Assembly (NCBI GenBank): GCA_001029675.1
Contig: CP011210.1
Location: forward strand, 777,280 to 841,279
Direction of reading: 5' to 3'
Source of the DNA: Candidatus Beckwithbacteria bacterium GW2011_GWC1_49_16
Lineage (GTDB): Bacteria; Patescibacteriota; Microgenomatia; UBA1400; CG1-02-47-37
DNA length: 64,000 nt
The first letter of the stretch is position 1. Every line of letters begins with the position of its first letter. The translations under genes were made by a program, and so were the position numbers. Positions 55,266 through 63,521 of this stretch are shown piece after piece. The notes beneath the pieces are model-generated. The model saw only the letters and a program-made list of their open reading frames with translations, searched no databases and was not told the DNA's origin.

Positions 55266-56336
55266 TTAGAGAAATTTACCTTCTTTTAAAATCGCTTTGC
55301 CGTTGGCGAGAATCTGGCTACCTTTTAAACGCATGTCTTTGACGATGTCCCAGTGGAGAGCCGAGCGGTTGGTGCCGCCGCCGATTTTGTCTGGGTAGCT
55401 GTTGCCCAGGGCCATATGGATGGTGCCGCCGATTTTTTCATCAAAGAGGGTATTGAGCATGGCTTTTTTGATGCCAAAGTTGGTGCCGATCCCCAACTCG
55501 CCGACGTGGCTGGCTCCTTTGTCGGTGGCCAAAGCGGCTTTAAGATAGTTTTGACCCCGGCTCGCCCGGGCTTTGACGACGCGACCGGCTTTAAACTCAA
55601 GATAAACGCCTTCGACGACATGGCCGGAGCGGAGCGAAGGCAGGTCAAAGTAGATCTTACCGGAAACCGAGGTGGTGACCGGCGCCGAGAAAATCTCGCC
55701 GTCGGGCATGTTGTAGTTGCCGGCGCAAGGGGCAAACAGCCGCCCCTTGAAACTCATGGTCAGGTTGGTGTCTTGACCGATAAGAGTGACTTTGGCGCCG
55801 TCGAGCTTTTTTTTGAGGCGGTTTAATCCCCGCTTGGTCTTGGCCCAGTCTTTGAGGCAGGCTTTAAAGTAAATGTCTTCGAGTTCGTCTAAGGACATAC
55901 TGGCGGTCTGGGCCATCGACTCTGAAGGAAACTCTGTCAAGACCCAGGGTTTTGACAGCATCACCTTTTGTACCGGCGGCACGGTGGCTTTGGAGTGAAC
56001 CATTAGGCGCTTGGGGTCGATGGTAGCCAGCTGGCTGTTGTTTTTGGCCGAGTAAAGGCGGATAAACTTGTCGGCCCAGTTGGCTAGCATTAGGGCCACT
56101 TCGGGCTTTCTAGTCAACTGCTGGTGGCTGGCGTTTTGGTAAAAAAAGTAGTCGAGCTCCCCGGGCGCGTAAACCAGATGGGGAAAGGCACCCAGTTTTA
56201 AGGTGAGCTTATAAACCTCTTTGCCCAAAGGCCAAGCGGCCGGGTTGACGGAGATTAAAACCTTGTCACCGGCGCGGACGGCAACCGAGTAGGTGACCAA
56301 AATCTTGGCTAAACGAGTCAGTCGGGAGTCGGTCAT
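55266..56336 (-). CDS. Aminopeptidase, M29 (AmpS/AmpT) family
   Basis: NMPDGEIF, GELGIG, LFDEKIGGTIHMALG, SALHWD. Confidence 0.92.
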   Translation of the reverse strand: MTDSRLTRLAKILVTYSVAVRAGDKVLISVNPAAWPLGKEVYKLTLKLGAFPHLVYAPGELDYFFYQNASHQQLTRKPEVALMLANWADKFIRLYSAKNNSQLATIDPKRLMVHSKATVPPVQKVMLSKPWVLTEFPSESMAQTASMSLDELEDIYFKACLKDWAKTKRGLNRLKKKLDGAKVTLIGQDTNLTMSFKGRLFAPCAGNYNMPDGEIFSAPVTTSVSGKIYFDLPSLRSGHVVEGVYLEFKAGRVVKARASRGQNYLKAALATDKGASHVGELGIGTNFGIKKAMLNTLFDEKIGGTIHMALGNSYPDKIGGGTNRSALHWDIVKDMRLKGSQILANGKAILKEGKFL

Positions 56337-56908
56337 GGGCGTAGTTTAAGGTATTTGACTAGCTTTTGCAAAGCTTGGGCACGGTGGCTTAACTTATTTT
56401 TAACCGAGGCCGGAAGTTGCCCAAAAGTTTTTGAGTAACCGGCAGGGATAAAGATCGAGTCGTAGCCGAAACCGCCCCGGCCGCGGGTGAAATTGGCGAT
56501 AGTGCCTTCGACTTTGCCGCTAAAGGTTTTGGAACGATCCGTTTTGGGGTCGTAAAGGACGGCGACGCAGATAAAACGGGCGCTGCGGCGAGATTGTGGA
56601 ACTAATTTAAGTAATTGAAGTAGGCGTTTTTTGGCTGGGGTAAAGCCGCCAAAGCTTTTGGCAAAGCGGGCCGAGCGGATACCAAGTTGATTAGGTAAGG
56701 CGTCGATAGTCAAACCGGAGTCGTCGGCGACGGTGAGCGTCTGGTACTTTTTGCCGTAAGCCCGAGCCTTGATAATGGCGTTGGCGGCAAAGGTTTTGCC
56801 CGTTTCTCTGACGACAAGCGACGGGGCCACAACCAGAGAAACGCCGGGCAGTAAAGCTTTAAACTCCCTCAACTTGCCTTGATTGCCAGTGGCTAGCAGT
56901 AGCTTCAT
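56333..56908 (-). CDS. rdgB: dITP/XTP pyrophosphatase (HAM1 family)
   Basis: ATGNQGK, ADDSGL, GFGYD, SHR. Confidence 0.92.
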   Translation of the reverse strand: MKLLLATGNQGKLREFKALLPGVSLVVAPSLVVRETGKTFAANAIIKARAYGKKYQTLTVADDSGLTIDALPNQLGIRSARFAKSFGGFTPAKKRLLQLLKLVPQSRRSARFICVAVLYDPKTDRSKTFSGKVEGTIANFTRGRGGFGYDSIFIPAGYSKTFGQLPASVKNKLSHRAQALQKLVKYLKLRP

Positions 56909-56934
56909 ATTTGGTTATTGATTATAATAGTAGC

Positions 56935-57522
56935 ATGGAAATCATGGCGCTATCGGCCGAAAAACAATGGAAGCTGACGGCGGTGTTTAAGTTCTTGAGC
57001 CTGTTTTTGAGCCTGATTGTGGCGGCGATGGTACTGATGTGGTTCAGGCAAAACCGAATGATTGACACCAATGAAAGCAAGGCAGGGTTTGCCAAACTTT
57101 TAACCCAAGAAGAAGTGAGGCTGACGGTGCCCTACAAGCAAACGGTTTACAAACACTTTGGCAGCGCCATCAATCCCCAAGTGGAGCTGCCGGTAAAAAC
57201 GATCACCGGGTATAAAAATTGGGAGTTTTTGATCGACAGCGGGGCGGTGGTGTCGGCTTTGCCCAAGACGGCGGCGACCGACATGGGAGCGGACTTGACT
57301 AGCCTCCCCAGAATTACCATTGAAGGGTTTGCCGGGCAAAGAACTTTTGCCTATCAAGGAGAAATGGTGATCAAGGTAGGCAGTAGCGAGGTGGTGATCC
57401 CGGTGGTGTTTTCGGAAAACCCCTATGCCAATAACATTTTGGGGCGGATCGGCTTTTTTGACAATTTTAATATCACTTTTGATGTTGACCAAAAAACGAT
57501 TACAATTAGTAAAAGAGGGTAA
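56935..57522 (+). CDS. Membrane-anchored retropepsin-like aspartic protease
   Basis: TM helix, FLIDSGA, ILGR..FF. Confidence 0.78.
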   Translation: MEIMALSAEKQWKLTAVFKFLSLFLSLIVAAMVLMWFRQNRMIDTNESKAGFAKLLTQEEVRLTVPYKQTVYKHFGSAINPQVELPVKTITGYKNWEFLIDSGAVVSALPKTAATDMGADLTSLPRITIEGFAGQRTFAYQGEMVIKVGSSEVVIPVVFSENPYANNILGRIGFFDNFNITFDVDQKTITISKRG

Positions 57523-57524
57523 AC

Positions 57525-58367
57525 ATGCCTAATGCTTCTACCAGAACCTTAAAGTGGTTTTATAAGCTCTCGTGGAAAAAGATTTTGGGGTTTAACGCTT
57601 TTGTAATGCTTGTAGCCAGTTTTTGGTTGGCGCGACAACTGGCTTTGAGCCCCACCCGGACCCAGTCCAAGGCGGCGTTACTCCCCCGGCCCCAAGAAAT
57701 AACTAGCCAGTTTGAGACGCCGACCGGGCCGCCGCAAGTTTACCTGGTGGACCATTTTTTCGGCAAGGTGGGCGACGCGGTCTTAATCCACGGCAAGAAC
57801 TTAGGCGGCGCAAGCGACAACACCTGGGTGGCGCTTGCCGGCAAAAGATTGACCGAGGCAGATTTGGTGGCCTGGACGGGCAGCTTTATTGAATTTCGGG
57901 TGCCCCAAGGGGCAACGTCGGGCCCGGTAACGGTTAACGTTTTGGGGCAAGAAACGGCTTGGGAAGGGGTGTTTTTTGTGATTGATGAGACTACCCCGGG
58001 CCAGTTGCGATTGGTGGCTGATGAGACCAACCCTAATAAGGCGGTTTTGTCGGTCAAAGGGTTGGCTGACGGCAACAGTTTGCTGTTATGGTTTTTGGTG
58101 GTTTCGGGCGAAGGCGAGGTGACGATCGCCCCGGCTCCTGGAGTGAATTTTTCCCAAGTGGAAAAAAACTTGCCGGTGGGCAAGATTTATGAAGTCAACT
58201 TAACCTGGAATCAGAGCTTGAATCAGGCGTCGGTAGTTAACTTTGTGCCGCTTTTGACCGTGACTCGCGGGGCAGAGATGTCGGTCGGGGTAGCCAGAGC
58301 GGAGTTAACCAACGCCAACGGCGCCTTGATCCCCTTGGGCGTTCACCCCTTGTACGTCAGCTTTTAA
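57525..58367 (+). CDS. Membrane-anchored IPT/TIG-domain protein
   Basis: GKVGD.VLIHGKNLG...W...IEFRVP.GATSGPVTV. Confidence 0.72.
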   Translation: MPNASTRTLKWFYKLSWKKILGFNAFVMLVASFWLARQLALSPTRTQSKAALLPRPQEITSQFETPTGPPQVYLVDHFFGKVGDAVLIHGKNLGGASDNTWVALAGKRLTEADLVAWTGSFIEFRVPQGATSGPVTVNVLGQETAWEGVFFVIDETTPGQLRLVADETNPNKAVLSVKGLADGNSLLLWFLVVSGEGEVTIAPAPGVNFSQVEKNLPVGKIYEVNLTWNQSLNQASVVNFVPLLTVTRGAEMSVGVARAELTNANGALIPLGVHPLYVSF

Positions 58368-58369
58368 AC

Positions 58370-59110
58370 TCAAAGAAACAACAAGACGATTAGACCCAAA
58401 GTCAGGCAGTAATAGGCAAAAGGAGATAAGTTTTTACTAATGACGACGGTACGCAAAAGTTTTAGGGCAAAAAAACCAGAAACCAAAGCGGTGACAAAAC
58501 CGGTTATCAGAATGGAAACGGGAATTGAAGAAGCAGTCAACTGGGGCAACTGAATCATCTGGGCGCCTAAAATGGCGGGCAGAGCCAACAAAAAGGAAAA
58601 GGTGAAGGCCAGGGAGGGTTTAACCCCTAGAATGATGGCGGCGGCGATGGTGCTGCCGGAGCGGGAGATGCCGGGGAGAATGGCCAGAGCCTGAAACAGA
58701 CCGATTAAAAAAGCGGTTTTGGAAGTCAACTGAATCGAGCGGGCTTTGGGGTAGCGGGAAATGGCGGCAAAAAGTAGCAGGCTGGTGATTAATAAGCTTC
58801 CGCCGACTAAGGGCAAAGAATTAAAGAGAACATCGAGCCTGGAGTTTAAAAGCAGACCGACGACAACGGCCGGCAGAGTGCCGATGACGACGGCAACCAG
58901 GGTGTCTAGTTTTAAGCTTTTGATCACCGGCCAGAGAAAGATAACCACGGCGGCGGCCGTTGCCAGGTGAACCAAGACGTCAAAGGTTACCGGAGGCTGA
59001 CTAAACCCCAAGAGTTTTTGAGCGATGACCAAATGGCCGGAACTACTAACCGGCAAAAACTCGGTCAGGCCTTGGATAAGGCCTAAAAGAAATCCTTGGA
59101 CCAGGTTCAT
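58370..59110 (-). CDS. uppP: Undecaprenyl-diphosphatase
   Basis: QGLTEFLPVSSSGHL, PGISRSG. Confidence 0.95.
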   Translation of the reverse strand: MNLVQGFLLGLIQGLTEFLPVSSSGHLVIAQKLLGFSQPPVTFDVLVHLATAAAVVIFLWPVIKSLKLDTLVAVVIGTLPAVVVGLLLNSRLDVLFNSLPLVGGSLLITSLLLFAAISRYPKARSIQLTSKTAFLIGLFQALAILPGISRSGSTIAAAIILGVKPSLAFTFSFLLALPAILGAQMIQLPQLTASSIPVSILITGFVTALVSGFFALKLLRTVVISKNLSPFAYYCLTLGLIVLLFL

Positions 59111-59116
59111 CTTAGC

Positions 59117-59818
59117 TTACTTTCCCTTTTTAGCCCCAGAATACCAGTCCATGAGCATTTTGGCTACTAGGTCTTTGGCTCCTAAACCGATCGCCAGTCC
59201 TAACCCTAAAGTCAGGGTAGCGATTACCCCGATAAACAGGGTGTTGATCAACGATTGGGCTATCCCCAACTCATTGACTGCGGCCAGAGCCGAGACGACG
59301 ACTACCAGGTAGCTGCCGATTTTAGCCAAGAGTCTGCTGGTTTTGGCGTCGATCTGGCTGACGGCGCCTTTGATCAGGCTTTCAACCAGGCCGGCCAAGA
59401 GCACCCCGATGGTCAAAACCAGAACGGCGGAAAAGATACTGGGGATGTAACCCAAGAGACTGTTTAAGACCAAGGAAACCGTGGTTAGACCCAGGATGTT
59501 GACGCCGGCGATAAAGAAGACCAGGACGATCAGCCAGCGGATGATCTCGCCTAAAAAGACCTCAAACTTGACTCTGATGTCGGCGCGTTTAAGAAAGGGG
59601 TCGAGGCCGCTTTTCCTTAAAAGGCTGTCCAGTTTGACGGCGCCCAAGATTTTGACGGTCAGGGCTTTGCCCCAACGGGCTAAAACTAAGCCGACAATAA
59701 AAATCAAAATGGCACCGACCAGACTGGGAAGGAAATAAAGCACCCGGCTTAAAACGTTAGCGCCGGCAAGCCAGATGGCTTCCTGCCAATTGGAAATGGC
59801 TCCATAAGAAGTTGGCAT
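59117..59818 (-). CDS. MscS-associated TM-helix repeat protein (CmpX-like)
   Basis: Repeated (F/Y)(L/I)PS..A..I..G TM units, AIGLGAKD. Confidence 0.75.
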   Translation of the reverse strand: MPTSYGAISNWQEAIWLAGANVLSRVLYFLPSLVGAILIFIVGLVLARWGKALTVKILGAVKLDSLLRKSGLDPFLKRADIRVKFEVFLGEIIRWLIVLVFFIAGVNILGLTTVSLVLNSLLGYIPSIFSAVLVLTIGVLLAGLVESLIKGAVSQIDAKTSRLLAKIGSYLVVVVSALAAVNELGIAQSLINTLFIGVIATLTLGLGLAIGLGAKDLVAKMLMDWYSGAKKGK

Positions 59819-59866
59819 AACTTTGTTTCACCCCCTTTCCGCGTGAAAATGTAACTGACTCCATTA

Positions 59867-59875
59867 TGGTATAAT
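59867..59875 (+). promoter_or_regulatory. Extended -10 promoter of rnpB
   Basis: TGGTATAAT 7 nt upstream of the P1 helix. Confidence 0.7.
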
Positions 59876-59882
59876 ATTTATC

Positions 59883-60192
59883 GGTTGACAAGTGAAGCGA
59901 TGCCCCGGTCACGACTTTAGTCGGACCGTGGGAGGAAAGTCCGGACTGCTGGAAGCAAGGTGCCCCGACGTTAAGTCGGGGGGTCCCCGACGTAACTGTC
60001 GGGGGGACAGTGAAGCCACAGAGACGAGTTCTCCGATGAGCTAACTGCTTATCGTGAGAGGTGAAACGCGGCAATTCTCCCTGCAGCAACTTCCGACCGG
60101 CCCGCTTGAGGACGCTTCCCCGAGGGCCAAAGCTTGAAGGCATTAGACAGATATCGCTTTAAAAACAGAATCCGGCTTACTACTTGTCAACC
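59883..60192 (+). ncRNA. rnpB: RNase P RNA
   Basis: GAGGAAAGTCC and ACAGAATCCGGCTTA conserved regions; P1 helix GGTTGACAAGT/ACTTGTCAACC; CACAGAGA and GTGAAA; T-run downstream. Confidence 0.95.
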
Positions 60193-60203
60193 TTTTTTGT
60201 GGC

Positions 60204-61178
60204 TTAGGCGCGGCGGCGGTAGATGTCGTTGACGATAATTTCCAGGACTAAAACGGTGGGAATGGCCAGGATGGCGCCGGCGATGCCGGCGACTCTGAAG
60301 CCGATAAGAAGCGAGACGATGGTAACCAGAGGGCTTAAGCCGACGACCTTTTGCATCACCTTGGGGACGATAAGGTTGTTTTCGACCTGCTGGATGACAA
60401 AGTAAAGGGCAAAGACGGCCAAAGCCAAGACGGGGGAAGAATTGAGGGCGACTAAAATTGCCGGGATCATGGCGATGACCGGGCCGACGTTGATGATGAT
60501 TTCAGTTAATCCTGCCAAAAAGGCCAAGGGCACGGCAAAGGGGACGCCTAAAAAGATGAGGCCGAAGTAAGACATCAGGCCGACGATAACCATGAGGACG
60601 ATCTCTCCCCTGACCCAACTGCCGAGTTTGTGCTCGACCCGATCCAGAAATTTTTCTGCCCGTTTTTCGGCGTTGGTTTTGCCAAATAAAAACACCAAGT
60701 ATTTTTTGAGGTTTTTCCTTTCCATAATCATGTAAAAGACGATGACCATGAGGGTAAAGATGGTGACCAGGTTGTTGAAGGCGCCGACGACAAACTTGAC
60801 GGCCCGCTGGGGCAAAGAGGCCAGCTGGGAATCGAAAACCGAGAGGTTAAGGTTGCCTTGGCTTAGGCCGTCGAGGGTTTGAGGTAGGCTACCGATAAAC
60901 TTGGTGGATTGTTCGACCAAGGGCGGCACCAGCGCGGCTAAGCCGTAACTAACCGCCCCCCAGATTAAAAGGTAAAAAAGAAGGGTGGCCAGTCCCCGGG
61001 GAACACGGCGCTTTTCCAGTTTATCAACCAGCGGGGAAAGGGCCGACATGAAGATGACGGCGATGAAAAGCAGTAAAATGACGTGGCGGATTTTGTAAAG
61101 AAAGAAGAGAAAAATGGTAAACAGCGCCGTAAAAACGATGCTTTTGTGAGTGATCTCAATGGTTTGGGCTCGCGGCAT
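60204..61178 (-). CDS. AI-2E family transporter
   Basis: WVRG, NVGP, QQVENN..PKVM...GLSP. Confidence 0.9.
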   Translation of the reverse strand: MPRAQTIEITHKSIVFTALFTIFLFFLYKIRHVILLLFIAVIFMSALSPLVDKLEKRRVPRGLATLLFYLLIWGAVSYGLAALVPPLVEQSTKFIGSLPQTLDGLSQGNLNLSVFDSQLASLPQRAVKFVVGAFNNLVTIFTLMVIVFYMIMERKNLKKYLVFLFGKTNAEKRAEKFLDRVEHKLGSWVRGEIVLMVIVGLMSYFGLIFLGVPFAVPLAFLAGLTEIIINVGPVIAMIPAILVALNSSPVLALAVFALYFVIQQVENNLIVPKVMQKVVGLSPLVTIVSLLIGFRVAGIAGAILAIPTVLVLEIIVNDIYRRRA

Positions 61179-61182
61179 ATCT

Positions 61183-62043
61183 TTAAGTATACCAAGCTTT
61201 AACTCTAGTTTCTACTTTGGCGCGGAAGTTTTTTGAACTGACGTCAAACCAGGCAATTTCCTTGACTTTTTTAAACCAGGTCAACTGCCTTCTTAGGTAC
61301 TGTCGTTCGGCGGTAATCCAGCGGTTAACATCAGGAAGCTGGCGGTAACCGATGGCCGACATTGAGGGTAAATCTTGGCGGTATTTTTTCTTTAACCGGC
61401 TCCACTCTTGAAGCGCTCCGCTTTTAAGCCTTTGACCAACCCGCTTTTCCACCCGCGCGTCTAAAACCGGCAAAGACGCAGTCAGACCGATTAAAAGCGT
61501 GTCGGCGGCTAGAGGCTTTTCCACCTTCAAGGATAAACCCTGAAGGTGAGTGGCGACTTCGACGGCGCGGATTAAACGGCGGGGGTTTAAGCGGTCGGAA
61601 GCATTCAGGCTGGCAGCCTTTTGAGGATTAAGTTGCTTGAGTAACTTAAGAAGCTTAGGAGCGGAAAAAGCCTCAAGCTTTTTCCGCAAGTGATGGTCTG
61701 CCGGAACCGCGATGGTGTCGATCGGCTCGGTTAAGGCCTTAACCCAAAAACCGGTGCCGCCGACGACTAGGGGCAGATTCCCCCGGCGCCAGATTTTTTC
61801 GATGGCGGGCTGGGCAAAGGCGACGAAGTGGGCGACGCTGAAATCTTCGTCGGGTTTGACCAAATCGTAGCCGTGCAAGCGCACCCCGGCAGGGCGATCC
61901 TTGCCGGTGACGATGTCCATACCTTTAAATACCTGGCGGGAGTCGGCAGAAATAATTTCCCCGGAAAACTTCTGGGCCAAAAATGCCCCCAGCCCGGTTT
62001 TGCCGGTGGCGGTGGGGCCGACGATGAAAAGAAGTTTTCTCAC
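61183..62043 (-). CDS. miaA: tRNA dimethylallyltransferase
   Basis: GPTATGKT, ISADSRQ, VGGTG, RRLIRAVEV, RRQLTWF. Confidence 0.95.
   Translation of the reverse strand: MRKLLFIVGPTATGKTGLGAFLAQKFSGEIISADSRQVFKGMDIVTGKDRPAGVRLHGYDLVKPDEDFSVAHFVAFAQPAIEKIWRRGNLPLVVGGTGFWVKALTEPIDTIAVPADHHLRKKLEAFSAPKLLKLLKQLNPQKAASLNASDRLNPRRLIRAVEVATHLQGLSLKVEKPLAADTLLIGLTASLPVLDARVEKRVGQRLKSGALQEWSRLKKKYRQDLPSMSAIGYRQLPDVNRWITAERQYLRRQLTWFKKVKEIAWFDVSSKNFRAKVETRVKAWYT
61522..61548. repeat. 27-bp hairpin inside miaA
   Basis: Minus strand CACCTTCAGGG-TTTAT-CCTTGAAGGTG, encoding HLQGLSLKV. Confidence 0.6.
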
Positions 62044-63224
62044 TTGATCACTTGGGGGCGCTGACTCATATGATTTAAGTTGATCAGTTTATCCAAAACC
62101 TTGAAGCGGCGTTTTTTTTCGGCGGGGGGAACGCTATCTTTGAAAAGCTTGTCCGAGGCGGTGCCGGGGCGGGGCGAGTATTGGGCGACGAAAGCGACGT
62201 GCCAGCGGGCTAGTTTGGCTAAAGCGACGGTGGCGGCAAAGTCTTTTTTGGTTTCACCGGGGAAGCCGACGATGATGTCGGTGCCTAGCTTAACCCGGGG
62301 CACTCTGGCGCGGAGTTTTTTGACTAGTTTTAAATAGTGCTCCCTGGTGTAGCCGCGGTTCATTTTGGCTAAAATTTTATCGCTCCCCGACTGGACCGGC
62401 AGGTGGATGAAGCGGTCGATTTTTTGGTTTCGGGCGATGCAGTCGATGAGCTCGTCGGAAAAGTCCCAAGGGTTGGAAGTCAAGAAGCGAACTTTGGTGA
62501 TGCCAGGGATGGCACAGACTTTATCTAAAAGCTTGACGAAGGGGGGCCGGCCGGTGAATTTTTTGTACTGGGAGAGGTTGGAAGGAAGTTTAATTTGATT
62601 CGGATGGCGCATCAAAAGCTTTCGCAAACCGATGCCGACTTTTTCTAAACCGAACGAGTTGACGTTTTGGCCGAGCAGGGTAATTTCCTGATACCCCTGT
62701 TTGGCTAGGTCACGGATTTCTTTTAAGATGTGGGCTTCGGGGCGGGATTGTTCCCGGCCGCGCGAGTAAGGCACGATGCAAAAGGAGCAAAAGGAGTTAC
62801 AACCGGTGGAGATAGGCACCCAAGCGTGGGTTTGGTCGCGGCGGACCGTGGGCGAGTTGAAGCCGACCTCGGCGATGGGTAAAATCTCGTCGACGGCCGG
62901 CATCATCTTTAGCAGTTTATGCTCGCCGTGGTGAATCATGCAGCCGGTGACGATGATTTTAGGCCCCACTTCGCCAAGGCTTCGTGAGGCAGGCCTGTCG
63001 GCGTACTGGCGGAATTTTTTAGCCAGGTTGTTGACCAAGCTCATCGCCCGGTGTTCGGCCCGGGCGCGGACGGCGCAGGTATTGACCACGATCTCGTCGG
63101 CGTCTTCGACCTTTGGAGCGGCTTTAAATCCCCTGGCCTCATAGTCGCCGGCGATTCTTTCCGAGTCGGACTTGTTGGCCTGGCAACCAAAGGTAAAGAT
63201 AAAGTATTTTTTGGTTGTCTTCAT
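62040..63224 (-). CDS. miaB: MiaB-family radical SAM methylthiotransferase without TRAM domain
   Basis: TFGCQ, NTCAVR, TGC, CNSFCSFC, LLGQNVNS, HLPVQSG; adjacent to miaA; probable start ATG at 63224. Confidence 0.88.
   Translation of the reverse strand: MKTTKKYFIFTFGCQANKSDSERIAGDYEARGFKAAPKVEDADEIVVNTCAVRARAEHRAMSLVNNLAKKFRQYADRPASRSLGEVGPKIIVTGCMIHHGEHKLLKMMPAVDEILPIAEVGFNSPTVRRDQTHAWVPISTGCNSFCSFCIVPYSRGREQSRPEAHILKEIRDLAKQGYQEITLLGQNVNSFGLEKVGIGLRKLLMRHPNQIKLPSNLSQYKKFTGRPPFVKLLDKVCAIPGITKVRFLTSNPWDFSDELIDCIARNQKIDRFIHLPVQSGSDKILAKMNRGYTREHYLKLVKKLRARVPRVKLGTDIIVGFPGETKKDFAATVALAKLARWHVAFVAQYSPRPGTASDKLFKDSVPPAEKKRRFKVLDKLINLNHMSQRPQVIK
62961..62995. repeat. 30-bp structured segment inside miaB bounded by AGGCC direct repeats
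   Basis: AGGCC at 62961 and 62991; minus-strand CCTCAC-GAA-GCC-TT-GGC-GAA-GTGGGG stem-loop. Confidence 0.7.
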
Positions 63225-63252
63225 CGGGGTATATTGTAGCATGGTTTTGGTC

Positions 63253-63281
63253 TTGACAGTTATATACATCAGATGTATAAT
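63253..63281 (+). promoter_or_regulatory. Consensus sigma70 promoter with overlapping operator palindrome
   Basis: TTGACA (63253), 17 nt, TATAAT (63276); TATACATC-A-GATGTATA at 63263-63279. Confidence 0.85.
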
Positions 63282-63287
63282 TCAAAT

Positions 63288-63521
63288 ATGATTAGAACTC
63301 AAATTTATATTCCGGATGAACTACATCAAGATGCCAAAAATATGGCTAGAAGGCAAGAACAGTCCTTGGCCAGATTGCTGCGGCGGTTAATTGCCAAAGG
63401 CCTGAAAGAAGAGAAAAGGAAGTTAAAACCAAAATCCCTTGCCTCTTTGGCTAGGCTCAAGATTACCACCGGACCGAAGGATTTGTCTAAGAACATGGAT
63501 AAATACCTCTACGCGGAATGA
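63288..63521 (+). CDS. Ribbon-helix-helix (CopG-like) antitoxin
   Basis: MIRTQIYIP...SLARLLR...DLSKNMDKYLY; ATGA overlap with the PIN gene. Confidence 0.85.
   Translation: MIRTQIYIPDELHQDAKNMARRQEQSLARLLRRLIAKGLKEEKRKLKPKSLASLARLKITTGPKDLSKNMDKYLYAE

Noticed and set aside
59757-60143. 128-aa minus-strand ORF
   Set aside because: Antisense shadow of RNase P RNA
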